From Xylographa opegraphella (taxonomy: Eukaryota), in the NCBI GenBank assembly GCA_022813865.1, contig JALDZX010000080.1:1-64000 (forward strand): a DNA stretch of 64,000 nt, given 5' to 3'. Both the position numbers and the translations under genes were made by a program. How positions within the stretch are numbered: position 1 is the first letter of the stretch; each line of letters starts with the position of its first letter. Of the stretch, positions 38,701 through 51,421 are shown in pieces. Below the pieces are notes generated by a model that was not told where the DNA came from, searched no databases, and saw nothing but the letters and a program-made list of their open reading frames with translations.

Positions 38701-41700
38701 TTGTGTGAAGCTTTTTGAAGCAGATCACCAATACGACTGAGGCCCTCGTGAATCTAAGCACGATCGGTCGCTATGCAGGCACTGCACATCCGCATAAGTC
38801 GGTCGAACAAGGTCAAGCGAAAGGGGCTAGTAGGTCTAGCAAGCAGCTTGAGAAAGACCTGGTACTACAAGTAACTCGAAAGTAAGGAAGTCATGATTCT
38901 GAGGGGGCATTGCTGGCCTTCCAGCAAATTGCCAATTAGAAAATCAACGTCGAATTGAGCGGTCTGTCAATGTGCAAGCGGCAGTATCCAACGGCATTCC
39001 AGATTGGCTTGCAAGTCAGGGGAATGGGGCTGATCTCCATCAAGGCCATCCTTGTCTCAGTTGTACAACACAGCCCGCAGAGATTGACAAAGCAAACCCA
39101 CCACGCTTGGGAAGGTCCCGGTTGCGCTTGTCGGAGGTAGGCGTCTCGGCGGACAAGTGGTCTGACACAGACCATCAAGCTACCAGCCGGGAGGCGCATC
39201 ATGGAGCATCTCTCGGCGATGCCTAGTTCAGCCGTTCTGAAAACTGATATTGCCAGTCACACTTGATAGTACTCAGTTGAATGACCCTGGAAAGTCTAAC
39301 GTCAGCACTATCGTCACAGAGATCGGTGCATCAAGCGAGCCAATTTGGCGTCCGTCACCACCGTCCGGGTGTCTGGAGTGAAACAAGGGCCACGAGGTTT
39401 GGCTGAAGTTAGATTGCTATGGGCGTAGGATCTGCATGTGTCTAACACCCGTTTGTAAAGCTGGGGTTCATGTCACTGCCTCAACACTCATGGTGAGTAC
39501 GTCAAGCAATTTCGGTTCATATCCTCTGTGCCACAAAACATTCCTTCACAGGAGATCACGAACAGCTGGTGCTCGTGATCAGCCCTAAGGATAGTCTATG
39601 GTACCGCCACAGGGCTAGTATCCTGCCAGGGCAGGTTGAAAGCGGTGGAGTACTGGTGGAGCCGAATAGTAGCCCCTAAGATACGTTGCCTCATGTATGG
39701 ATTCTCGCATGCCAGCCTTGAGGATTCCCTGAATGACGGTTGATGTGACAAATGATAGTTAAGGATATCTGAAGTCGGTGCCGCTTCACAAGAAGCAACG
39801 AGTGGGTCTAGAACTTGGCCAAATGGTGCTGTTCGTGAGTTGTCTCGATCGGGAAGCTCCATGACTGCGGAATGGAATTCCGTATCTCTTGTCAAGGCAG
39901 ATGATGGAGTGTCCGCTCCACAGGTTATGTTATTGCTATCGACGAGCTGTTACTGGCGCATCGCTACCGCTCGCCTTTTCCATGACTCAAACTGCATGCC
40001 GGTTTGTGTGCGGCCAAACCACATGCTTGACGATACTGGACGACAGTTACTGCAAGTACATGAATAATTATGTTTGCATGAGGGAAAATGGCTGCAGAGG
40101 AAAGTTACATGAGCTCAGCCAATGCGAGAGTCCGCATGCTCACCGCCGCCGTTGTACGGCCAGCTTAGTCATTGGACCGGGTTTCTTTTTCCCAGACGCA
40201 AGCCGCTGCACAAACGAGCTCGCCCATCTTCTCACCGAGGCAGCTATATTCGGGCATTGGTTGAACAGCTTGGGGTGTGATGTTCAGCTTCTGTAGCTTC
40301 ATCCGGTACTTTACCTAGCTCCTCGCACGTGTGACAAATTCAGATCCCTACCAGCTTAAGCGAAAATAAGCGACGCTCCAATCTCGCGTATTCTCCCGTG
40401 CTTTGTCATCGAAGGAGTTGGCTGGTTTGGCTCGAGGAGTCAAGGCTCACGGCGCTGTTGGCAAAGAAACTGACGGCGTGCAGGCCAACCCCCTGGACTA
40501 CTATGCTGGCGGCTGTTCTGGAACATAATAAACGTCTTACGGCTTTGACTCGCAGCTGCCCCACGGACCGTAGAGGCCCACGCTCGATCCTGCCTGCGCC
40601 TCCCCCTTCCACATCCGGCTTTCACTGCTGGTGCCCGTTTGCTCTTTCGAGGCACACGTCGCCGTTTGAGCGTATCCTCGAGTTGCCATTTCACCAAGCG
40701 CAATCGCTGCAGGACTTTCATCCGTTCACCCAAGCATATGTCCATCGGTCCTGTGGCTGCACACAAAGCGGTGGGAGGGCAAGTTCGATCACGAGCCAGT
40801 TGGTTGTTATCCGTTCGCGGGCATTGCAGGGTGGTCGCCCAGGCGTCGGAGTGGTCAATCCTACCCTGGAGATCTCTCCACCAGTGATGCGTTGCGGAGG
40901 TTAGGAATCGATGCCACGATAGAAGTTGATGATTCAGCCGCACCACTGGTTCCATGACGTGCCCTCACCGCCAGTCAAGGTGGAGTGATTGCCGCTCGTG
41001 AAGTCGAGTACGTCCGTATGGACTCCGATGACAATTATTCTTCTGCCAGTCGGCGCATTGTTACTTACAGGCTTGGCAGCTAGAGTATGCTGTCACTCTG
41101 TGTCGTTGACCGCTGTGTCGAGTAGTGGCCGCGACTTGTCAAGGGCGTGGCTCGTACAAGGCGTGAGTTTCGTGACTGTTTTCCGTATCCTCTCCGGCCC
41201 TCCATCGTCCCCGACCCGGGGTCGAGGAGGAGTGTCATCGGCGTCGATCCTGCACACGATAGTTCTTTCCCTCGAGTTCAGCCTACGCAAGCAGAGCTCG
41301 TTCCGGATAACCCCATCACGATGTGGGCCAGCCTCTGCAGGACGGCAATTGGCTGGCGGTGCAGCCCTTGGGATTGACCGCTATATTCGGGAAGTCACTG
41401 CCCCCCGAATCCTAGGCGAGCGAACCAATGGCCCGGGGGAGGGAAACAGGCTGCACCCCGCTGTAACACGCCCCAACACGAGCGGGCCACGGGCGAATCA
41501 GGGAGGGGGTTTTCCGCGCGTGATGCGTGATGCAGTGAGCTGCAGCCCTGCGTGCGAACTGCGAGTGGAAGCGTGCTAGGTCGGCCGCTAGTCTCGTCTG
41601 GGCTTCGGCGTATTCTATTGTTGCCTCCAGTACCCTTGCTTGGCACCTCGGCCCTGACCGAAACCAAAAGCTCATCGCTTCCCATCGCACAAAACTGAAC

Positions 41701-42578
41701 GAAACCTTACTAATTTACTCAACCTCCATCTCCACCTCCACCAAGACCACACCACACCACACCACACACACCCCCGCCCATCCAAGACACCAAACAAAAA
41801 CCCTCTCGTTGTCCTCGTAACTCCGCCCTGTCATCCCACGAGGTCCTCAACCCTCCACCACCCTCCTTCCTTGTCCCCAGTCGCTCCATCCCTACTCCCT
41901 TCCCCGTGTCCAACGGCCCAGGCTGAACAATTGTCGCGTCGCATCGACCCTTGTCCTTGCAGACCGCAGACCGCGTTCCCAAGAATACTTCTAACTTCTA
42001 CCTAACCTTCACGTCGAACCGACTCTCCGATAGGGTACACGCCAGCAAGGAATCTGCTCAAAACTAAAAATTGCGATCACTCCACTACTGAACGCCCGTC
42101 GCGGGACCGATGTAGTGATGGCATCCCGTCCGAAGTCCGTAGAACGTGTCCGACCCTAGAACGATGCTGGAGGGCTATTCATCGCAAAGCGACTATAACG
42201 CTTTCGGAAAATGCACTCCAACGTTCTAAACAATCGCGCGAGGCGTGAAACCTAAATCGACGGTGTGCTCGTGGCGAAAGGCTGAATAAGAATAATTATA
42301 GTGCTCAGGGGTGGTGAGTGGACGAGCTGCATGCTATCGGCTGATGCTGCAGGCAGGGGCCGTTTCCTTCGTACGGCGTTGTCTAAAATCCTGTGGTACT
42401 CCACCACAGCTGGCCCAAGGACGTTAAATACAACCTGGCATCCACATGGAGCAGATCCTTCAGCTTCGGAAACGTACAATACAGCCTCCTTCCCCCGCCC
42501 ACCTTGTCTTATCGGTTTGTTCATCTTGCCATCGTCTCAGTATTGCATGAGATCGCTGTCAATCACTCCATCGCCGCA

Positions 42579-43788
42579 ATGAATAGACCTAATAACTACT
42601 CGTACTCATTCACGGCTGCTTCTGCGCCCCATTATGCTTCCTCGTCGCACGGCACTAGCAGTGCTCAGAGTGCTAGCGCCAATCCGGACGAAGACTGGAC
42701 CAAGATATCCGACTTGGCCGAGCGACGACGCATACAGAACCGCATTGCTCAGCGCAATTATCGTCAGTATCACCGACTTCTCGACTGACGTGACGAACCC
42801 GCTGACTCGCACCCCCAGGCAAGAAGCTCAAGAGACGCCTGGAAGACCTTGAACGTAGAGCCGGATCCTCGTCGGCATCGCCCGAACAAGAACACGCAGA
42901 ACTCGCCAAGGTCAACCAGACTCGGCCGAGAGAGGACGCAGCAACGAGAACGCGGAAGATGAAAGCGCAGCAGCAGCAGCAGCAGCAACCCTCGGCGTCA
43001 GGGGCGATTCGCCATCCCAGCAACCACTCCATGCCATCCGGCTCGGCACGAGAAGACCCGTCAGGCATGTTTTCGCGGCAGTACACGAGGCAGCTCTCGG
43101 CATCGCCGCCCCCGACCTTCACCTACTCGTACCCCATGCCAGAACCGCCCCCGATCCACGCTCCGTATCCTCAGCACGCACCATTCCACAGCCTACCGGC
43201 GCCATATGCAGATTATCAGAACCAGTCGCTGTATCTGCCACCACTGCCAGTGACGCTCCCGAGCGTGTCCTCGTACGACAACAGCCCGATTAAGTCGGAG
43301 TCGCAGTTCACCGAAGACGACATGACCAGTCATTTCAACATGAGCTACTCGCCGATGGGTGGCATGGAGGTCCCGACGACTCAGTCGTACGCGGATTCAA
43401 ACGCATATGTAAATCATCCCGAGTACAGTTTCCGGTTTCTATAGCTTTTCTTGCCTAGCCTTTTCTCTCTTTCTTGCTTTTGACCATTGCGGCAAAATTG
43501 GCCACAGAAGCCTGCCTCTTATTTTTCTACGTTTCCTTGACACCTTTCTCCTTTTCGCTTTCTATTCTGCTCCGCCCATCGACCACTCGAAATGGAGATC
43601 TCTTTCCAATCCCTATATCCGTCCCGAAGCTCCTATCCACTGACATCTTGTCGCCCTCTCAGACGCCACCGCTCTCAATCTCGCATTCCTTCGATCACTC
43701 GCGCACCAACTCGCCCTCCGATCCCTCCATGATGTGCCCCGGCACGCCCATCTCGATTCCCGTCTCGCCGCACTTCATGCTCCGGTAG
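42579..43788 (+). CDS. bZIP transcription factor (3 exons)
   Basis: ANPDEDWTKISDLAERRRIQNRIAQRNYR, intron 42763-42818, then KKLKRRLEDLERRAGSS and a polyQ tract. A second intron 43409-43662 leads to TPPLSISHSFDHS...FMLR*. Confidence 0.92.
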
Positions 43789-46700
43789 AGGCTCGAGCGG
43801 TCGAAATCTTTCCCGCCACGAGAGAGGAATGAGAGAGAGAGAGAGAGATTCTCACGCCTGTATCAACACTTCCAATGACTTATGCTCCTCCCAATTCTAT
43901 GCTCCTCGGTATCCTCTGCTGCTCAAGATCCGGCGCCTTTCCATATCCTAGGTATCCTCGACGCCCTTTCAACCTCTCTCCACTCCGTCTTGAGCAAGCA
44001 GTCCGAGAAACTCTCCCCTTCCCCAACAATGGCAGGAAACGGATGACGGGAATGGATGGCCGGGATGGCGGGGCGGAGACGCGAGGGGGATGGGGAGATG
44101 CGGAGATGCGGTAGATTGACGTTTAGGGTTTTTTCTCTGTATGTACATCTATCCAGGACATTCATATACTCACACCGTCCATCTGTGACCCATGCGCGTC
44201 CTGGGCCGCTGGAGTGCGTGGTGGGCGGATGGGAGTGCAGTTAGTCGGTCTGGAGAATGGGATGTGCAATGGAGCGTTGATAGGAGAGTGACGGACGCGT
44301 GCCGCTGCACGAGATGCTCCTGTGTGCTGCGTGTGTGCTGCGTGGGGTAGGTAGTCGACTTATGGTTCGATGGACGTGGGGGGAGCAGAAGAAGAGTGAA
44401 AGACGTTCCCTGCGGATAAGGATGGAAATTTATCTACTGACTCTCATCTTCGACACTGCAGCGGAGCGGGTGTTCGTAGCTAGCTAGCTGTACGTGCATC
44501 TAACCGCGTCCATCTATACGCATGCGCTTAGCAACCGCTCTCCACATCAACGTCTTCGTCTTCGTCTCCGTCCCGTACGCAACCCCGTGTTATGCATCGA
44601 ATGATCTCATCCATCCCACTCCGTCCCATCAATCCCTCCCCTCTCCCTTCCCCCCCCGTCCACCATTCTCGAATCCCCCCCCCCTCGGCCCCTCCCCTAC
44701 GCCTTAACCAGCACCTCATACCACACCCCTCTCCCATCCCCCATCCTCACCCCCAGCCCCAGCGCGCCCCAACAAGCAAGCAAGCTACGACCCAACTCCC
44801 GAACCCTCGTGCGTCCAGCAGCCGTGCCGATCTCCGGCTTTCACACCCCCCGGGCGCTTTTTGCTTTGCGACGGGTTGCGATTGGAGCTGTTTCGCGCGC
44901 GCCGCAAGCCGTGGTTCCTGTTTCATCGCTGCAGGGGTTTGGGGGAGGGGGGCTTGAGGTTAGGGGAGCACGAGGTGGGGGGGGGGGGGGGTGGTGGTTT
45001 GTTTGAGTGGGAGGATAGGAGGAGGGGGGGGAGGGGGAGGTGGTACGAGGTGCGAGGTGGCTCTGTTGGGGGTTGGGTGTACGGTGTGTGGGAGCAGACG
45101 AAAGCCCGCGACGGAAGCTTTTGTCTCCCTCGGACATCCTTTCGCTACTTACGGTAGTCTAGTCTATCCAGAGCATCAAAAGCTCGCTGGTGTTTCCTTG
45201 TCCGAGCTCCCCCGGGCGCCGCCGTTTATCACCGCTGCAGAAAATGCCTCGAGCGCGAGATGACGGGTTCTTCTGTGGTCCGATGGAAAGGGTACAGGAA
45301 CGCTGCAGCCTACGTAGGGCGACGGGGTACCGGGGGGGGGCGGGGGTGCTTGCCACGCGGCGTGCGGCGCGGCGGGGCTGAGTGCCTTGGAGTCTGGGCT
45401 AGGTGGGACGCGCGGGCGGGTTTTTGCGGGTTTTAAGCTCGTCGGGGCGGATTTGGGGTTGCGCCGGTTGGTTACGTACGAGAGGAGTTCGGTCGGAGTG
45501 GAAAGGTCATGGGGGAGGGAGGGGGATGAGCGGTTGTGGGACGGGGGGCGTGATGCGAGTGGGTTGTTTTCTTTTTGCGTTATCGGGTCGACCTAGGGAA
45601 GGTGTACCTTGCTGGAGATGGGGCTACAGGTAGGGTTCGTGCGTGCAGCGAGCGATGGGATGTCTTTGTAGTACCTAGGGGGAGGGAGATAATCCTTACG
45701 GAATGGGGCTTTGCTGGTCCTTTTTGCTGGCTTGCTGAATGCCGTTCCGGGGACCGCGTCGTCGGGCATCCGGTGCGGGTCCGGCGTCCGGGCTTGGCAC
45801 GTGTGCTGCGGGTGCTTTTCTGTTCATTTCGCATAGGCGCTGGGGGGGGGGTCTTCCTGTAGGATGACGGCCTTTGGGAGGCAGGATTCGTGGGTGGATG
45901 GGGGGGACGGGTGAGGGATGGATGGATGCCTGGAGAGGAGGAGTATGTACGAGGGATTTGGAGGTCGATGGTACGGCTTGGCGTTTTGGATCCGGTGTGG
46001 GATCGGATGTGGGATCGTAGCTGTGGTTGAGAACGGTGCTTGTTTACGATAAGGACGCGTCTGCCTTGATTAAGGTTGCAGGAGCGTTTACGGGCAATCA
46101 GAAGCTCCTTAGCAGTGTGATTGGCTACCGTTGTTCGAGAGTACTCTTGTTGATTTGAATTACCGGATTGATAGCACTGCTACGTGCGTCATGATGGTAC
46201 TGCACGGCAGGTACATTCGCAAGCAAGCATTGTCGTCGAGGGTATCCGCATTTTTCCACCGAGGCATATATCAGTGCGCACTCACAAGGGGTGAATTGGT
46301 TGGAGACGTTCGTCACTAATTGAATCCATCCCCACTGTCTGTATGACGACCAATTATGTCGATGTAGAGGAAGGATGTGATACTATGCTGGCCATCAATG
46401 CCATGACCATTGCATACATCTGCAGGCTACCGAAACACACGTGGGATGCTCGAGGCTACTTCGCTATGTCAGGACTCCGTCGTGACGGCGAGTATGGTTC
46501 GTGTCGCTCTCTCACGTATGCTCGGACGATAGGATTGCAGGAGTTCAAAGGACCCTGGGTTGCGGCTAGGGAGTCCACATCCACTCCAGGATATAAATGA
46601 CTGCAAGAGAAGTATAGAGGAATTTTTAGACAGGACCACTTCACGGGAATTCGACGGGAATGATATTGGAAGAGCATCTTACTGAGTTTTAATACGAATG

Positions 46701-47809
46701 ACAGGCATGCCACACAGATCAGGACAATGGCCGCAGACCAATATTGGGACATGGCTGTAAGAGAATACAATGCAATTACCAACAAGAGGTACCCACAAGC
46801 AGGACGACGGGCGAGCGATAGTACCCAAGGAAACAGCCTTTCAACAAAGGAGTCAGCGACTGTTCATGTCGAGTACATCGACAACAGCAGCTTCTGAACC
46901 GTGAAGTCAAGCATTGGTCTTGCCGGCCACTTCCGATGCTGCATACCTGGCCTTGCTGGTTGCAACGGACAGACCTCCACGTCGTTGCACATGTAATGCA
47001 ATGTTGTGGTGGGATAAAGGGCCGAATGCTCCCGCTTTCCTGCCTCGGCACTCAAACCAGCAACACGCGGCGGCGGTATGGAAACGATTTTACAACACCA
47101 AGCCAAGAAGCCTACACCCCAAAGTTTGGAGTCATCAGGCAGTGGATGCTCTCGGACACATCTCAAGCTCGGTAAGGACATAACGCCTCACGGAAATAAT
47201 TCCGCACTTGCAGAATGATGACAAACAGGCAAGCGGTGTGATATAGCAGCAGTACGGTTAACCTTTTAGCCTGCTGATAAAGCTGCTCAAGATGACAATG
47301 GAAGCAAGGGCTAGCGAAAGCGGGAGGGAGGGTGGGCAGTATGGCACACGGCCTTGTTGGAGATGTCGGTCAGGACACGAAGGGCGTGCTGGGGAAGAAC
47401 TTCCACATTCATCAAAGCATCTCAGCCCCGATGAGAGACTAGCGGACCCGGCGGACCTAGCGGACATTGTACGGCGAGGCCGTGCCGTCGAGTCAAAGCC
47501 TCCCACGTCAATGAAAGACGAGTGGGAGTTTCTCCAGTTCGCTGCACGTCGTTAGATCTGGAATTGGCGGGATCGAAGCTGCCCAGGCTGATTCTATTTT
47601 AGGGCGCCGCCTGACCCCTTGACTAGTGGATGCTTTAGAATGCGAATAGAATACCGCTAGAACAGCTGGAATAACATGGGTCCTCGCTAAACTAGGTCCT
47701 TCTAGCACGGTTCGCTAAGTATCCACACCATCGTTCAGCTGCAGCCCCAAAACACGCATAAGCAGCCTATGTTGCTTGCGACTTTAGCAAGGGCTACGCT
47801 ATCGACAAG

Positions 47810-49362
47810 ATGCATCAACCTGCTCGTGTCATTATAGACACTGATCCTGTATGGGATGATCCTGGCTCGTCCAAGAGCATCCAGACTGATCTGCTTCGCA
47901 GGGCGTTGATGATATTCTCGCCATGCTACTGGCGCTAGCTGCTGTACCAGAAGACATCGAGGTTCTATTGATCTCCGTGACCTACGGTAACGTGGATGTG
48001 CAAAAGTTGGTCATCGCTATCATGCTGCCACGTCGCCGCTCTCATCTGATGATACCATAGTTGTTTACGTAATGTTGTATCCATGTTTCATATCATCGAG
48101 CAAGAGATACAATGGCGTAAAGATCATGCCTTTGCCCTGGGTTTCGAGTCACTGAGAAGGTCCAAGTCTCTTGTCGCAGTTGGAGCAGATTGTCCGCTTG
48201 GGGACACAACAAGGATGGCAGACTACTTTCGTACGATTTAGGAACATCAATCAAATCAAACAACTGATACGGTGTAGATGGCACTGATGGTCTCGGGGGC
48301 ATCCACGATACGGTATGATTATCATATTATAGTAGTTGTCGTGCTAAGCATATCCAGCACAAACATCTGACCCCACCAGAAACGTGGAAGAGTCTATTCA
48401 TACAGCCACCTCCAGAGACAGATGTAACTGCTACTGCCAGGTCAGAAGTCAGGGATGATTTAAGTTCTTCGACCTCACTCTTCACGCCCTCGTTCCGGCC
48501 TTCACATCTCGAGATACTACGTATACTTGATGAGAACCCACCCGACACTATCTCTGTCATTGCTATTGGCCCACTGACAAACATCGCTCTCGCAGCATCG
48601 CATTCGCCTCAAACGCTAATGCGGGCGAAGTCGATCCTTGTAATGGGAGGTGCTGTTACTGTCCCAGGAAACATTACGCCAACAGCAGAGTTCAACACCT
48701 ATGCCGATGCTACAGCTGCGGCAAGAGTGTACGCCCTCACATCGCCAAACCCATCATCGACGATGCCTCCACCCCCTCCACAACTCACGCAGACCCAAAG
48801 CCTCGAGGAACTACCAGCGGAACCGCTTCCACCATACCCCCTTAAAGATGAGCTCGGAGATCGTAGACTCAAGGTTTTACTCTTCCCATTGGACATCACA
48901 ACTCAACATACCCTCCGACGGGATGAATTTAATGCCAAGACAGAGCCCCTTATCAAAAAGGGAAGCCCTCTCGCAGAATGGACCAATGCATTCCTCTCGT
49001 CCACCTTTCACAAGATGGAGACTCTGCACCACGGCCAGGAAGGCGGAAGCGCATCACTGAGTCTTCACGACCCATTGTGTGTATGGTACGCTTTGACCGG
49101 TGAGAAAGACAGTAGTAAATGGTCCATCCAGGAGGGCGAGGATCTCCGAGTCGAGACCGCGGGCCAATGGACAAGAGGCACCTACATCATCGATCGACGG
49201 GACCGTAAGCGTAGAGAGGACGACGATGGCGAGGATGACCATGTACCTGGAGATACAGGAGGATGGCTGAGCTCTGCTCGAGGTAATAGGCTGCGACTCT
49301 GTGTGCAAACACCTGGTGAACGAGCGCTTGCGCCACTCATTCTGGACTCCATTTTCCCGTAG
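47810..49362 (+). CDS. Inosine/uridine-preferring nucleoside hydrolase; multi-exon
   Basis: RVIIDTDP|GVDDILAM (DxDxxxDD metal motif split by an intron), SVTYGNV, DGLGGIH, IAIGPLTNIA, VMGGAVTVPGNITPTAEFN, LHDPLCVWY. Confidence 0.95.
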
Positions 49363-50287
49363 GGGTGTTTGGATTGTGATCTTCGTGCCTCCTTTTGGAA
49401 TGAGAGCAGCTTCACATGTGGTTTTTCTTTTTTGAATATCGTTTCAGTCTGAATAATTGTTTTAAGAACAATCGCAACGGCTCCGCCATGCGCGATCCAG
49501 CTACACTGTGCTTATTATTATTATTATTTGATTTTTTTGATTTCACATAATGTTCCAGATGAGTTCCAAAATGTACTCAAGAAGGTAGTCGAGCTTATAT
49601 TCTGTTCAGGTTGCTGTATCAGTTTTCATTATGCATAACGCGGCTGCTTTCTCTATTGATGTCTATCGTCCTGGATAGATATTCGACGTCTCTATGGGTT
49701 GAGGGATCTTCATGATCAGTGAAGCGGCATCGAAGAGTGTGCTGAGTGTTACTTCTTCGGGGTCTCTTGCTTCTACGAAGCTTTGCACGTCTGCAGTAGA
49801 TTGATGGGATAATACTATGGGTGCACGCTAGGTTGCACTTCTGTTCCACGAACTGACGTTGAGTTGATGGTTTACGAAGAGTTCGATGATGTTGCGCCTT
49901 CGAGACGGGAATTCCGATTAAGAACTATGGGCCCAAATCTATCTACACATATAAACGCATTCCAGAACGGTGACAGATGCTAAGAGACCGCATAGCGGAT
50001 AAAACATGAGGAGAACTGGTATTTAAAGACAAGGCACAAAATCCCGCACCCCGGAGTGGCCTGGATGATGAAACCATCGTAATAGTCTGCAAAGTGCATG
50101 CATGAATTCATCATTCATAATCTCTATCTCTATAGACCTTCGCATGCAAGCCAATACACAACTTCTAAAGCTAGAATGAACTCAAAGGCCCAGAATATTA
50201 CAACAACCATAGGATCAACCGAGCACCACCCACGTTTTATCAAATCTCGAAGGGTGCTTCGGGATTATGCGCCAGCAATTTGAGCTC

Positions 50288-51421
50288 TCAGCTTTGTCTT
50301 TCAAAGTACTTTGCTATATTTTCCGCTGCTATTGTTCGTCCAATATTCTTCTCCTCTAAAGCAGCTTCTCTAAGCAACTGCTCGTTAGTGAGTATCAGGC
50401 GCCGCATCTCAAGATACGCCAGCACCGCACTAGGTGTTGTATTCTCCTGCGGTGCCACTTTCAATGCGGGCTTGGCGCGTAAATGTTCCTCCAGGCGTTT
50501 CATTTTAGAATCTACGCAGATTTCCTCCTCCGCTGAAAGCTCGAATAGGTTGGCGCAACGTTTGATCCAACGTAGAGCGAGGTATGTGGTTAGTTTGACC
50601 AAGTGTGCGTGTTGAGAGTCCGACTGATCATTGTCCAGTTTCAAGTCGCGGTCAATAAAATCGCCCATTTGCTGCTTGAGGTAGTAGCCGTCGATAGATT
50701 CTGTCTCATACCAGGATCTGGCGAAGGGGTGCTCTCCCTTGCTGTAGGCAAACGTCTTCATGATCAGAGCCTGACTTCGGAAACCGTATGCATACGCTAA
50801 GCCAACTTTCCGCTGGGCGGTGGATTTCTGTGTGTCAACAGTGGCTCCGAGGAAGAGCAGCACCGGTCGTTTCTCAGGCAGGTCTTCTTGTCCACTTAGA
50901 AACGCGAGTATTACCTCCTGGTCTGAGGTGCCGCTTGTCTTGATAAGATAGTCACATGCATCCTTATCAATACCACCGCTCCCAAGGGCGGCATTCACGA
51001 TCCTTTTGTATTCCTCGGTGGAAAGATATTTATTGCTCCCGGCGGGTAACAGCAGTCTTTGGGTAAAAGCTTCAAAGAATTCCTTCTTGAGTTTCGGCAT
51101 GTTTTCCGGAAGTATTTTGAGATGCGGCTCTTTCGACCTCTCGCGAAGTATGTTCCGCCACTCCTCCGAATCATGAAGATGCGCATCGCCGTACATGAGT
51201 CGGCCTTCGAAGTCAGGATTATAGAAAAGACCATTCGGCTTTTCTATAGCTTCTTGGTGGTAGCTATCCGGTGTGTATGAGCCGCCAAGGAATATGGCAT
51301 CGTACCAGGCTATTTCATGCTTTATCAATTCTTCACTGTCGTTGCAAAAGACGATGTCTTCGTTGGCGGCCTTGAACTCGTGGTCTGAGACGAACCATCT
51401 CTGTGCTGTGGCGCAGGACAT
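50288..51421 (-). CDS. Intronless hypothetical protein (about 377 aa), no recognised family
   Basis: Long uninterrupted ORF with globular composition. ATG at 51421, a probable 5'UTR intron just upstream and a TATA-like TTATATAA near 51593. Confidence 0.75.
   Translation of the reverse strand: MSCATAQRWFVSDHEFKAANEDIVFCNDSEELIKHEIAWYDAIFLGGSYTPDSYHQEAIEKPNGLFYNPDFEGRLMYGDAHLHDSEEWRNILRERSKEPHLKILPENMPKLKKEFFEAFTQRLLLPAGSNKYLSTEEYKRIVNAALGSGGIDKDACDYLIKTSGTSDQEVILAFLSGQEDLPEKRPVLLFLGATVDTQKSTAQRKVGLAYAYGFRSQALIMKTFAYSKGEHPFARSWYETESIDGYYLKQQMGDFIDRDLKLDNDQSDSQHAHLVKLTTYLALRWIKRCANLFELSAEEEICVDSKMKRLEEHLRAKPALKVAPQENTTPSAVLAYLEMRRLILTNEQLLREAALEEKNIGRTIAAENIAKYFERQS

Noticed and set aside
43832..43848. 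Microsatellites and homopolymers: (GA)n here, poly-C near 29058, (TTA)n near 49513, (GCTT)n near 60188
   Set aside because: Ordinary simple repeats.
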